From: Candidatus Altimarinota bacterium
GTDB lineage: Bacteria > Patescibacteriota > Gracilibacteria > BD1-5 > UBA2023
Assembly: GCA_031417875.1 (NCBI GenBank)
Contig: JANOWM010000056.1
Span: 1 to 28,146, forward strand
Direction of reading: 5' to 3'
Length of the DNA stretch: 28,146 nucleotides
Positions within the stretch are counted from its first letter, which is position 1; every line of letters starts with the position of its first letter. Shown here piece after piece: positions 1-9,840 of the stretch. Position numbers and translations under genes: made by a program. The notes under the pieces were generated by a model. The model was not told the DNA's origin. It worked only from the letters and a program-made list of their open reading frames with translations, and did no database searches.

Positions 1-379
1 ACTCGTTCATCTCTGCACGCTGGACGGCTGGCTCATCTGAGATATAACTTTTTGGAAGATTGTCATACGTCGGACAGTAGACGCACTTTCATGGGCATCA
101 CCAAAATTTGGTCAAAAGAGAGATTACAGCTACTCAGGAAAGAGAACGAACTGCGCGTTTTCGTAACACTATTCGAATTCTGATATCATCTGGGATCTTT
201 CATTCTTTTACAAGTTCATTGTACCTCTCTATCATCGCTATGTGAGATGGGCCGTCTTTTTCACGAAATTTTGAGAGAATGTGATTTTTTTCTTTGTGAA
301 AATGCTCTTTTGTGAGGATATCTTTATTATCAGCAAGACAATGGAGTATTTCATCGATGATATGTTGGTTCGTGGACAT
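1..379 (-). CDS. elp3: Elp3-like radical-SAM tRNA U34 carboxymethyltransferase, 5' part (runs off window start)
   Basis: Code-25 translation from ATG at 379: MSTNQHIIDEIL...RKRAVRSLSGVAVISLLTKFWGCPGKCVYCPTYDNLPKSYISDEPAVQRAE. Has the CxxxCxxC motif and the Elp3-typical RxxSGV and PKSY..EPA motifs. Several Gly codons are TGA. Confidence 0.88.
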
Positions 380-443
380 GTGAGGAGTATATGGAAAAAT
401 ATGAATATGAAAAATATTTGTTATCCCGAAGTTCCTAAAATTC

Positions 444-550
444 CGTCATCCCCGAGTTTCTGTAGTCGGGGAACTACCCGTTCATGAACAGATAGGTTCT
501 CTGCTACCATACCAGGGAATAACGGAGACTTTGAAATGAAGGAATGACAG
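444..550. repeat. Inverted pair of degenerate CGTC/TGTC-type REP-like palindromes
   Basis: cgtcatccccg...cggggaac on the left and gaaggaatgacag (reverse of ctgtcattcc) on the right. Same family as the repeats at 18924-19545. Confidence 0.5.
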
Positions 551-592
551 AAAAAAAGTTAGAAAAATTAAGAAAAATTTAATGTTTATTTG

Positions 593-598
593 TATAAT
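593..598 (+). promoter_or_regulatory. -10 box (TATAAT) for the putative toxin mRNA (~604-800)
   Basis: Perfect TATAAT just before a run of hairpins whose G-U pairs favour the + strand. No clear -35. Confidence 0.5.
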
Positions 599-657
599 GT
601 TCGTGCTCCTTCTCTTCCATTAGGAGCAAGGAGGTTATATTTTCTAACCTTTTCACT

Positions 658-750
658 ATGAGATTCTCTTGTAGAGTCTTCCTCTGGAAGCAATGCTGGG
701 TGATCGAATTCTCGATTACCAGAAAGCGTTTCGTGAGACGAGGCAAATAA
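658..750 (+). CDS. 30-aa basic/aromatic peptide, putative type I toxin
   Basis: ATG658..TAA750 = MRFSCRVFLWKQCWVIEFSITRKRFVRRGK. Upstream AAGGAGG is held in a stem (ggaggtta/taaccttt) and the ORF is followed by a terminator. Confidence 0.58.
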   Translation: MRFSCRVFLWKQCWVIEFSITRKRFVRRGK

Positions 751-769
751 CCTTGTCGGTCACGATAAA

Positions 770-800
770 GAAAAATCCCCATTCAAAGTGGGGATTTTTC
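770..800. terminator. Bidirectional intrinsic terminator
   Basis: Perfect 12-bp stem gaaaaatcccca / tggggatttttc with a 7-nt loop; T runs on both strands. Confidence 0.85.
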
Positions 801-844
801 AAGGAGGCTATAGTACCTTTTCACAGTATTCCTCTTTCGAGGAC
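770..844 (-). ncRNA. Putative ~75-nt antisense (antitoxin) RNA
   Basis: Lies between a minus-strand promoter (851-877) and the shared terminator. Starts with a cctc-GAAA-gagg tetraloop hairpin and crosses the second DR copy, so it is complementary to the SD/start region of the + transcript. 5' end is estimated. Confidence 0.55.
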
Positions 845-850
845 AATCTC

Positions 851-877
851 ATTATATCACTTTTTTCATAAAATCAA
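851..877 (-). promoter_or_regulatory. Sigma70-type promoter for the antisense RNA
   Basis: Minus strand: TTGATT-15 nt-TATAAT with extended -10 (TG-A-TATAAT). Confidence 0.6.
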
Positions 878-883
878 ACTTTT

Positions 884-1222
884 TTAGCTACTTCTTGGCA
901 TACCGTAAAAATCAAATCCTTTGAGGTCTACCATCGATTTTGTGATGTAATTTTTCTTTTTTCCTTTTTTAAAAAATCCGCGTTCATCCAGAATTCATTG
1001 TTCGATAAGGGAATCTATATTTTTTGTGGGAAGTTTCTTTTTCGGAAATGCTTCTTTATTCTGCATGTAGCGGGTTCGTTTTTTGTATGAGAGATTGAAT
1101 CGTGATTGTTTATTTTCGTTTCCTGTATACGAAAGAGCTGCTTTTTTCTTCCCTTTCGAGAGCTTACGTGCAGCAGCTTGTTTTTTTACGATGCTAGATT
1201 TGAGTCCGTGCGAATTTGCCAT
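884..1222 (-). CDS. Lys-rich hypothetical protein (112 aa)
   Basis: Track ORF 995-1222 reads through TGA (IEQG ILDERGFFKKGKKKNYITKSMVDLKGFDFYGMPRSS) to TAA at 884. Confidence 0.62.
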
Positions 1223-1417
1223 ATATTTTTTAACTGAATCTACTTATTTTAGAAAAATCTAAAAAATCTTTAATATAGCTGAAATGGGAAATAAAAATTC
1301 AAAAGCGAGAAATTCAAGAAAGAAAAATTTTTTCGCGGTGCGTTTACTGATTTGTAAATAAACAAGAAATAAATTTTTCTGACGCTGAAGTTCGATGCTT
1401 TTCAAATTTTATTTTTA

Positions 1418-1496
1418 TGGAGCGGGGAAACGGGTTCGAACCGTCACACCCAAGGGTTGAAGCCTTAGTACACTCACTCTTTTATGTTACCCCCGC
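1418..1496 (-). tRNA. tRNA-Gly(UCA), decodes UGA as Gly
   Basis: Cloverleaf: acceptor GCGGGGG/UCCCCGC, discriminator U73, encoded CCA, anticodon loop CU-UCA-AC (1458-1460), short variable loop, T-loop UUCGAAC. G1-C72, C2-G71, G3-C70 and U73 are Gly identity elements. Confidence 0.93.
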
Positions 1497-1552
1497 TTAA
1501 AAATAGTGAAAGGACCCTGAAAGGTTACTTTCGACTGTGAGTATATTTCAAG

Positions 1553-1756
1553 ATGCGTAAATTGCAAATCGGAAATCGATGGAAAACTCAATTCGTCACA
1601 CTGCATCGTGAGGAGGTCCGAAGACTCCAAGAATATGAGAAAAGAGATATGGCGGAATATGGCGGAAACTCAGTACAGGAATATCTTGCCAATTTCAGCG
1701 CTACCAAGAGAACTGACAGGGTTACTATGGATGATAATCTTCATATTAGAACCTAA
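1553..1756 (+). CDS. Small hypothetical protein (doubtful)
   Basis: 67-aa ORF with no recognisable motif; overlaps the candidate tRNA-Gly promoter (TTGCAA 1562-1567, TATACT 1540-1545, minus strand). Confidence 0.3.
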   Translation: MRKLQIGNRWKTQFVTLHREEVRRLQEYEKRDMAEYGGNSVQEYLANFSATKRTDRVTMDDNLHIRT

Positions 1757-1793
1757 TGATTTCGACTGTTCTACTTTTTAACTATTTATACTT

Positions 1794-2406
1794 ATGGGAA
1801 GATACTATTACGATAAAAAGAGTACAGTAGATGACTATAAAAAATTCACTATGTCTTTTCTAAAACAATACGGACACTTGCGAATGGAAAGCACTTATAG
1901 TTATGGAAATATCTTCTGGAAAATCGGTGATAGACCGAATGGAAGCATGACATTTATCGTAGAAAAAAATGATGATGACATGATCGGTACAGTACAAGTG
2001 AAATTTACTCAGACAAATACTGAAACCTGAGAAAAGAAAGACTTTGACTATCTCATTCGTATCGAAGCTTACCGAATGCAATTATGGCGGACTCAGATGG
2101 TGGTTTATAGATCCGTGCAGTCCCAAAAGTACACGTTGTAGCATTCTTTACTTTCAGTCGAATGGATACTTCGCAGGAAGAAAAATGCTCAATCTCACAT
2201 ACGATAGTAGAAATGAATCAAGATGATGAATCTGGTGAGCTGAGATGAAGGTGCTCAAGGCGGAAGCATTGTACGATAAGATCAAATACCCATACAGAAA
2301 TGGAAAACCCACTCGAAAGATGAGAAGAGTACTCGGGTATATTCGAACGAGCCGATATGCTTCCTACTACCAGTGAGATATTGCCAATGTTTTCTGATAC
2401 CGATAG
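1794..2406 (+). pseudogene. Phage/ICE-type hypothetical protein with a +1 frameshift near 2070
   Basis: Frame 3 reads MGRYYYDKKSTV...TGEKKDFDYLIRIEA. After one extra base, frame 1 continues TECNYGGLRWWFIDPC...LTYDSRNESRGG...YRNGKPTRKMRR to TAG 2406. Confidence 0.62.
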
Positions 2407-2463
2407 CATTTCCACTTGAGAAAATACAAAAATCAATACAATATATCTTATAATTTTTTCTCT

Positions 2464-3300
2464 ATGACTCCTCAATCTATCGCTCTTTTCGAGCAAAATG
2501 AAATCCGAAAAATCACTCATAACGATGAATGGTATTTCTCAATTATTGATATTATTTGAGTATTGACAGGAAGTGACAATCCACGACGATACTGGAGTGA
2601 TCTCAAGATAAAACTCTCAGAAGAGGGTATCCAAAATGAGTTGTACGAGAAAATCGTACAACTGAAGCTGACTGCCAGCGATGGAAAAAAATATGCAACT
2701 GATTGCACCAACACTGAGACAACTCTTCGTATTATTCAGTCCATTCCTTCTCCAAGAGCTGAGCCATTCAAAAGGTGGATGGCTCAAGTCGGATATGAGA
2801 GAATTCAAGAGATAGAGGATCCTGAGCTTGCTATGAAACGCATGACAGAGACATATGAGGCAAAAGGATACTCCAAAGACTGGATAGATAAAAGAACGAG
2901 AGGTATAGCGGTCCGAAAAGACCTCACGGATGAGTGGGATACCAGAGGAATAGAAGAGCGACAATATGGGATACTCACTGCTGAAATATCAAAAGCCACA
3001 TTTGGTATGACTCCAAGTGAATACAAAGAGTATAAATCCCTCACGAAGAAAAAAGACAATCTCAGAGATCATATGACAGACCTGGAACTTATCTTTACTA
3101 TGCTTGGTGAAGCTTCGACTACTGAGATCATAAAACAGAGAGATAGTCAGTGATTTTGGACGATAAAATGAGCATCTCAAGAGTGAGGTACAGTGGCGGG
3201 CAATGCACGGAAAGAGCTCGAAACAAAGACAAAACAAAAGGTGATTTCTCCTGGAAATCACCTACTTGCTACACCAGTAAATAAGAAACAACCTTTGTAA
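2464..3300 (+). CDS. Bro-N family (phage antirepressor-like) DNA-binding protein, 278 aa
   Basis: MTPQSIALFEQNEIRKITHNDEWYFSIIDIIGVLT...PRRYWSDLK...LKLTASDGKKYATD...IQSIPSPRAEPFKRWMAQVG...NLRDHM; code-25 read-through to TAA 3300. Confidence 0.88.
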
Positions 3301-3310
3301 ATTATAACAA

Positions 3311-3964
3311 TTATTTATATTTTTCACACCCTACCATTTCAGGCATCATTTTACAGTGTTCACGCATTGCGTCATTATTATTTGATGATGGTGCCATCAT
3401 TTCAGAAGACATAATAGCGTTTTCATTCATTGGCATATTGCCCATATTCATTGTCGACATAGGATATATGAGCATATATCCTACCATGATAACCATGACG
3501 AGATTTTCTGTAATAGTCACTTTTGTCATCGGGAGTTTCCATTTTGTTCCCATGCAAGCACAAGCAATATTTTCCCCTGACTTCACTACTGAGTAGGCAC
3601 TTATCATGCCAAGTAGAGATATAACGAGAGCCACGAGGTTGGTTTCTGTCATAAAAACCATACTTGTATTAAAAATATAGATAAGTCCCAGCACAATCTC
3701 GATACATGGAAATACATATCCCCATGATTTCCATCTTTTTGCTATGAGATCATATTGGGAAAATGATGTTACGAAACCATGAAGATCATAAAATTTCAAA
3801 AGTCCGAATGCAAGAAACCATACGCCCATCAGGTACATCATGAAGGTATTATTCGGGGAAAGATAGGTCAAAATCAGACTCACTCCTACTATACCTCCGA
3901 GGAGCATATAGAGGGGTGTGAGTGAATTTTTCTTCTCGATGTGACAACATTCTTTTCGATTCAT
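3311..3964 (-). CDS. MauE/DoxX-family membrane protein with Met/Cys/His-rich tail
   Basis: Five hydrophobic segments, FGLLKFYDLHGFVTSFSQYDLIAKR and CACMGTKWKLPMTKVTITEN motifs; C-terminus MREHCKMMPEMVGCEKYK. Confidence 0.8.
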   Translation of the reverse strand: MNRKECCHIEKKNSLTPLYMLLGGIVGVSLILTYLSPNNTFMMYLMGVWFLAFGLLKFYDLHGFVTSFSQYDLIAKRWKSWGYVFPCIEIVLGLIYIFNTSMVFMTETNLVALVISLLGMISAYSVVKSGENIACACMGTKWKLPMTKVTITENLVMVIMVGYMLIYPMSTMNMGNMPMNENAIMSSEMMAPSSNNNDAMREHCKMMPEMVGCEKYK

Positions 3965-3982
3965 ACAAGTAAAAATTATAAA

Positions 3983-4630
3983 TTAGTGATTACCAAGAAG
4001 TTTCTTAAATGTCGCAATTTCAGCATTTTGTGACCTGATAATATCATTTGCCATCTTCACGATCTCAGGTCGCTGAGATACTTCGAGGACTTCTGTTGCC
4101 ATGTGCACGGCTCACTCATGATGCTTGATCATATCTTCCATAAATGCATCATCGAGATCATGGCTTGAGAACTTTGAAAGATTTCTCATCATCGCCATAT
4201 AGCTTACTTTGAGGGTACTATTTGGATACCATGACTTCATCCATGATCCGAGAAGAGCAATCTCTGTTTTCTGTGCTGAGACGATGTTTTCGGCAATTTT
4301 CTTCAGTTCTGCATTTTCTGTTTTTGCGATGATGATGCTCGCAGTATCGACGGCTTCCTGATGATGTGGTATCATATTAGCGATGAATTCTTCTTCAGTC
4401 GATGCTCACATATGATCCATAGTTTGACCAGTTGCCATATTCATAGATCCATTTCACATATCCATCTGAGAGTGATCCATCCCTGACATAGAGTTATCCA
4501 TGGATGTGGAAGGAGTAGGAGCTACAGAAACAGGAGTGGTAGGTGTTTGTGTAGTGGGAGTTGTATCACTACAGCTTACGAGTGCGAGAGTCGAGAGGAC
4601 CATAAGTCCAAAGATAATAGGTGTTTTCAT
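3983..4630 (-). CDS. DUF305 (CopM-like) metal-binding lipoprotein, 215 aa
   Basis: Signal with lipobox LALVSC, Met/His-rich linker, and two repeats of the ferritin-like motif (FIANMIPHHQEAV; FMEDMIKHHEGAV). Confidence 0.88.
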
Positions 4631-4706
4631 AAAAGTGATAGAATGATAAAAATAAGCGGAAGTTTTAGAAAATTAGGGGTCCATAAAAGAAAAGGTGAGG
4701 AAATAA

Positions 4707-7700
4707 TTATTCGACAATAAACTGATTTTTCTGAGTCTTCTCTCGAAATCCGTCAGAGTAATATCGGTAAAATATGCCTGGTCGAAGTGCGAGCTCTATG
4801 AGTGTCGAGACAAAGAGTCACCAGAAGATCACTGTTGCAATCGGTGAGAGCATTTCTTTTCCTGCATCTCCTGCTCCGAGAACCAGAGGAAGCAGTCCGA
4901 GAATGGCAGAAAGTGCTGTCATCGATACAGGAACAATGCGTTCGAGAGATCACTGGATAATCGTCTCACGATCAAAGGGTTTTCATTCTTCCACACAGAG
5001 ATGTTTATAATGGTCTATGAGCATGATGCCGTTGCGTGAAACGATACCCATGAGAGCAATAAACCCAACCAGATGAGCCGTCGATATGACTCAGCCTGTG
5101 AGCCAGACTCAGAGGATGCCTCAGAACCATCCTGTGACAATACCGAGGAAAATCTGAAGAACTAAAACAACACTTTCAAAGTGCCAATAGAGAATACCAA
5201 AAAGCGTAATAAGTACTCCAATAGATATAAACATAAGCAGTCTGGATGACTCTTTCTGAGCTGAGTAGAGCCCTTCATAGGAAACTCTATATCCTATAGG
5301 GATAGTGATCTTCGATACTTCAGTTTGTATATCATATACGACATCGACGATGGAACGATCTTTGGTATATCCTGATATGACGATGCGTCTCTCTGAATTT
5401 TCATGGTTGATGATATTTCGAGATTTTGAGAGTTCAACACTGGCAACATTCCCGACAAAGAGTGTGCGTTCATCAGAAACCCAAAATGGAATACTACGAA
5501 TTGCTTCGGGCGTACTTGTCCATAAGGTAGGAAATCTCATAACAACAGGATATGAATTTTGTCCTTCTATGACTCGTGCCACCTCTTGTCCACCGATACC
5601 AACATCGAGGAGTTCTTTGACTTCATTATAGTTTACTTTCTGTGAAACAAGAGAAGGAGTATTTGGAGTGACGCTGATACTCGGGATTTTTGTCTGTGGT
5701 TCGAGAGATATATTGAGTGTTCCTTCCACTCCACCCGCGATTTCGACTACTTGTCGTCCCAGTGTTTCGAGCGTATCGAGATCTTCTCCAAATATCTTGA
5801 TTACGAGAGGGGCTCGGATACCTGAGATGATCTCCTCTACTCTATGAGTAATAGGTTGTCCGATACCCATGACCGCTACTTGTTTATACTCTCATATTAC
5901 GATATTGATCGCATCATAGATTTTTTCTTTTTCAGTTTTCGTTACATCGGGTGAGAGTGCCACTTCGATTTCTGCATTATTGGATCATTGGGCATGTGCA
6001 TCAGCATCAGCACGCCCGAGTATTACTCCTGCTCTTTCGACTCAAGGGATTTTTCAGAGTTCGAGAGAAAATTTTCTCGTGATGTCGAGCGTGTATTCGA
6101 GAGAACTTCCGGGCTTGGTCGTGATCGAGATAGTATAACTGGGCTCGTTAAATGATGGAAGTCCTTCCTGTCCAGCACTCATATATCCTATGATAGTCAG
6201 TGGTATAGAGAGAAGGGCGAAAAGAAGGGCTTTTTGAGGATTTTTCAGACTCCAAAATATTGGTTTTTTTGCCCAGTGTTTGAGTTTTTCTGTAAACCAG
6301 GTATCCTCAGAGATCTTCCCGCGTTGTTTCTCGATCCAAGAAGGAAGGAGATAGCTACAAATCACAGGAACAAATGTCACAGCAACCAGGAGTGACATGA
6401 TCATCGAAGTGATATAAGCAATACCAATTGGTGCAAGGATTTTTCCATCGACACCAGGCAAGAGAAGAAATGGAACAAATACTATAAGTTGAAGGATAGT
6501 CGCATATACTACACTTCCTCGTACTTCTTTTGAGGCTTCGAATATCACTTTGAGCGGATGAATATGTTCTTCTTTCGGAAGAAGGGCATTCAGACGAAGT
6601 CGCCTGAATATATTTTCCATATCCACTATTGCATCATCTACGAGTTCACCGATAGCAATAGTGAGCCCTCCGAGAACCATGATATTGATACCGATACCAA
6701 AAATATAAAATACAATAGCTGAGAGAAGGAGCGTGATCGGAAGAGAAATCATCGTAATAAATGCGGTACGAGCATTCATAAGAAAAAGAACGACGATAAT
6801 AGCGACGATAATAGCAGCATCTCTGAGTGCTTCTTTGACATTGGTCAATCACTTCTCGATAAACCATGTTTGACGAAGTATATCATCTTTGAGCTCTATT
6901 CCCTTAGGAAGTGTTTTCTGTATTTCTACTACTTTTTCGAGAAGAGTATTCGTGAGTTCTACGGTATTGGCATTTGGAACTTTGGAAACGCGGATAATCA
7001 CTCATTCTCATCCATCGATAAGGGCATCTCATCGTCTTTGGCTATTCTTCCCGACTTCTATACTCGCTATATCCCTCAAGATATTTCAATTTGGGAGAGA
7101 GATAGATCCTATCTTCTCTTCTGTATTTTGTATCGGGTTGAGCTTGATAGGATATTCTGACTTCTTGTCTATGGCGATACCTGCTCCCCCTGGATTGGTT
7201 ATCTCGGCGAGAGAACTTGTGAGATCTTCGAGGGTGATATGTTTTTGTGCGAGTTTTGCTGGATCGACGGAGATAGTATACTGAGGTGCTGATCCTCCCA
7301 TGATGAGAAGATTGGAAATCCCTGATACCGTCGAGAGGGATTGTCTGAGCTCTGTCTCCGCATAGAGACGAAGATCCGATTGATCCACGCTTGGGTCCGT
7401 CGAAGTGAGTCCGAGCCAGAGGACTTCTCCCATTAGTGCTGACTCAGGTGCGACAGTGAGATGCACTCCCTCGGGGAGAGTCACGGACTGGATTTTCTCA
7501 TACACTCATTGACGATTGATATTGACGGTACTTCCCCAATCGAATTCTACATTCACGACTGAGAGTCATCCTGCTGAGCTCGACCTCACTGCATCTACTC
7601 ATGGTATCGTTCTGAGTGTTCGTTCGAGCGGGAGAGTGACGATTTTCTCGACATCCTCAGAACTCATTCATTCGGCTTCAGCGAATACGGTGACACGAGG

Positions 7701-7832
7701 GCGATTGAGGTCTGGAAGGACATCGACAGGGAGATGAGCAAGGCTATAAAACCCAAAAAGTGTAACAATAAGATAGAGACAGAGAACCAGAGGTCGTCTA
7801 TTGAGGGCAAATTTTATAAGAGTATTGAGCAT
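4707..7832 (-). CDS. CusA/CzcA-family heavy-metal efflux RND permease, 1041 aa
   Basis: Single code-25 frame: [70 protein letters not shown]. Confidence 0.93.
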
Positions 7833-7837
7833 GATGA

Positions 7838-9781
7838 TTACGGATTAGTGGATAAAATCGCACTTACATCCATATCGTCTTTCCATTTCGGATTTGAAGT
7901 ATCTGTGACTATCTGTATATCTCCCTTGAGTCACTCTGTAACGATATATTTTTCTCCGATGATTTCATAGGAGATTTTCCACTTTTTCAATGTCTTATTG
8001 GTGAGGACTTTGTATACATATGCTTCGTCTCACTCTTCGTGGATACTCGTCTTTGGGATTTCGATATATCCTGTTCCTGTGAGTCCTGATTTTACGATAC
8101 GAACTTGTGTACCGACAGGAAGGTGCGATGTATCGATAGAGGCTTCGACAGAGATAGTTTGAGTATCTTTGTTCACTGATGATGAATAACGCGTAATCTC
8201 TGCTTGTGTGCTATCAGCGTCAAAACCTGGGAGACTGACTTGGATATTTTGTCCTTTCTTTATGGAACTATACTCAGCTACGGGAACTTCGAACCTGACG
8301 AAGAGATCGAGATCATCACTTTTTCCTGCTATATCAAAAAGTGGAGTTGTCACATCAACTGTCTGCCCAATACTGACATTTTTTCGTGAAATAACACCGT
8401 CAAAAGGAGCAATAGCATAACTTACTTTCATAGTACTCTGTATCGCTCATAGAGCATTTTGGAAGGCTTTGACACGATTTTCTGATCCGATTTGTTCTGC
8501 TTTTGCTTCTATTTTGAGTTTTTCGAGGTCAACACTTGAGAGAGATTGTTCTCCGCTGAGTGTTGCATAGTCTTTCTTCTTATTGGCTTCGAGGAGATCT
8601 CGTTCTGATTCGAGAAGCTTCATTTCTTGCTGGAGTCCTATGAGATCAGCATTTGCCTGAGAGAGTGTTCATGAAGCGGTTGCATTGGCACTCTGAGTTC
8701 ACTTTTCTATCTCGATGAGTCGAGACTGAAGTATGATGATACCATTATCTCCTGATAGAAGTGACAAGAGTTCTTGTTTGTTACCCGTATAATTTGTTAC
8801 CGATGCAGGTCAGATAATCGCATAGATAGTATTTGCATCATTGATGAGTGTTTCGAGCGTACTGAGAGTTTTATTGAGATCTACTGTCGATGATTCTGTC
8901 GAGAGTGGATAGGTCGAGAGGATTGCCCTCATATTTCCATGAAACCTCTCTGGTATATCCAATATCTTTTGTCGATCAGTAGCTCCCAGAGATCCCCAAT
9001 TGGTATTATACCCCCAATACAATGGATACGAAGTAGTGTTGACGGCGAGGTTATTCCTATCACCGTTATAGAAAATAGTGAGGAGTTCGTTTATTGCCTC
9101 ATTTGTCTTCCCGATCAGGTATTTTTTGGCAGTGTCTTGCTTTTGAGTATTTTCTGCGATGGTAGCACTGCTTGATTGCCGACTACTCTCGATGACCACT
9201 CATCTGGCTTCGAGATTTGCTCGAAGACTGGTGATCTTTGCATCGAGTTGTTTTTTCTGCACTTCGTACTGTATATCCAGTGCTTTTCTCTGGACATCAT
9301 ACGCCCGACTAAAAGAGCTCTCTGGGCTCGCAACTACATTGGTAATATATGCCAATTTCTCTTTTGCACTCTGGAGCTCTCATTGTGCGATGGCGATCTC
9401 TGCTTTTTGTCATGCGACCATACTGACCATTTCTGGAGTATTGGTAGGGGCGTTTATGAGAGCAACACGCTGTCATTTTTTCACGGTATCACCGAGACTA
9501 ACGAGGAGTTCTCATATGATACCCTGACGCTCGGGGAATATAGATCCATAATTATCTGAGAGGACTGTTCATGGATAAGTAGGAACGGAAAGGTTATTGG
9601 CATCAGTGACTTGCAGTGTAGTGAATATTGCCCCTGTAGAAACATCTATAGAAATACGTCACCCGAGGTTCTCTGCCTCTTCATCACCATGTCCACCATG
9701 TGCCCATATGAGAGTATATCATCCCACGATGGAAGCGAGCACTCATGTCAGAGCGAAATAAAAAATATTATTTTTTTGCAT
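7838..9781 (-). CDS. RND periplasmic adaptor (MFP), unusually long (647 aa)
   Basis: N-terminal TM then AHGGHGDEE; lipoyl halves (GIIGELLVSLGDTVKKGQ; IAPFDGVISRKNVSIGQTV); long helical insert; beta-barrel C-terminus. Confidence 0.87.
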
Positions 9782-9840
9782 ATAAAAAGATCTAAGAAAT
9801 ATAAAATACTCACACACGGTGAGTGAAAAGATATGATTTC

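Larger units (their letters stand above)
627..824. repeat. Paired direct repeats DRa/DRb of the putative type I TA locus
   Basis: CAAGGAGG(T/C)TATA at 627-639 and 800-812; ACCTTTTCAC at 647-656 and 815-824. Confidence 0.8.

Noticed and set aside
600-850. Known ncRNA (RNase P, 6S, SRP, tmRNA, riboswitch) or CRISPR repeat
   Set aside because: Conserved cores of these RNAs were not found, and two unequal repeats 173 bp apart are not an array.
579-887. Track ORFs 579-782(-) and 693-887(+)
   Set aside because: They cross the terminator and promoters and have no motif; the 658-750 ORF with antisense RNA explains the region better.
1418-1496. tRNA-Sec or tRNA-Trp(UCA) (code 4)
   Set aside because: Short variable loop and 7-bp acceptor argue against Sec; Gly identity elements and TGA at Gly columns argue against Trp.
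1529-1769. 10-bp direct repeat tttcgactgt flanking the 67-aa ORF as att or target-site duplication
   Set aside because: No counterpart at the recombinase/tRNA-Arg end; too short to support alone.
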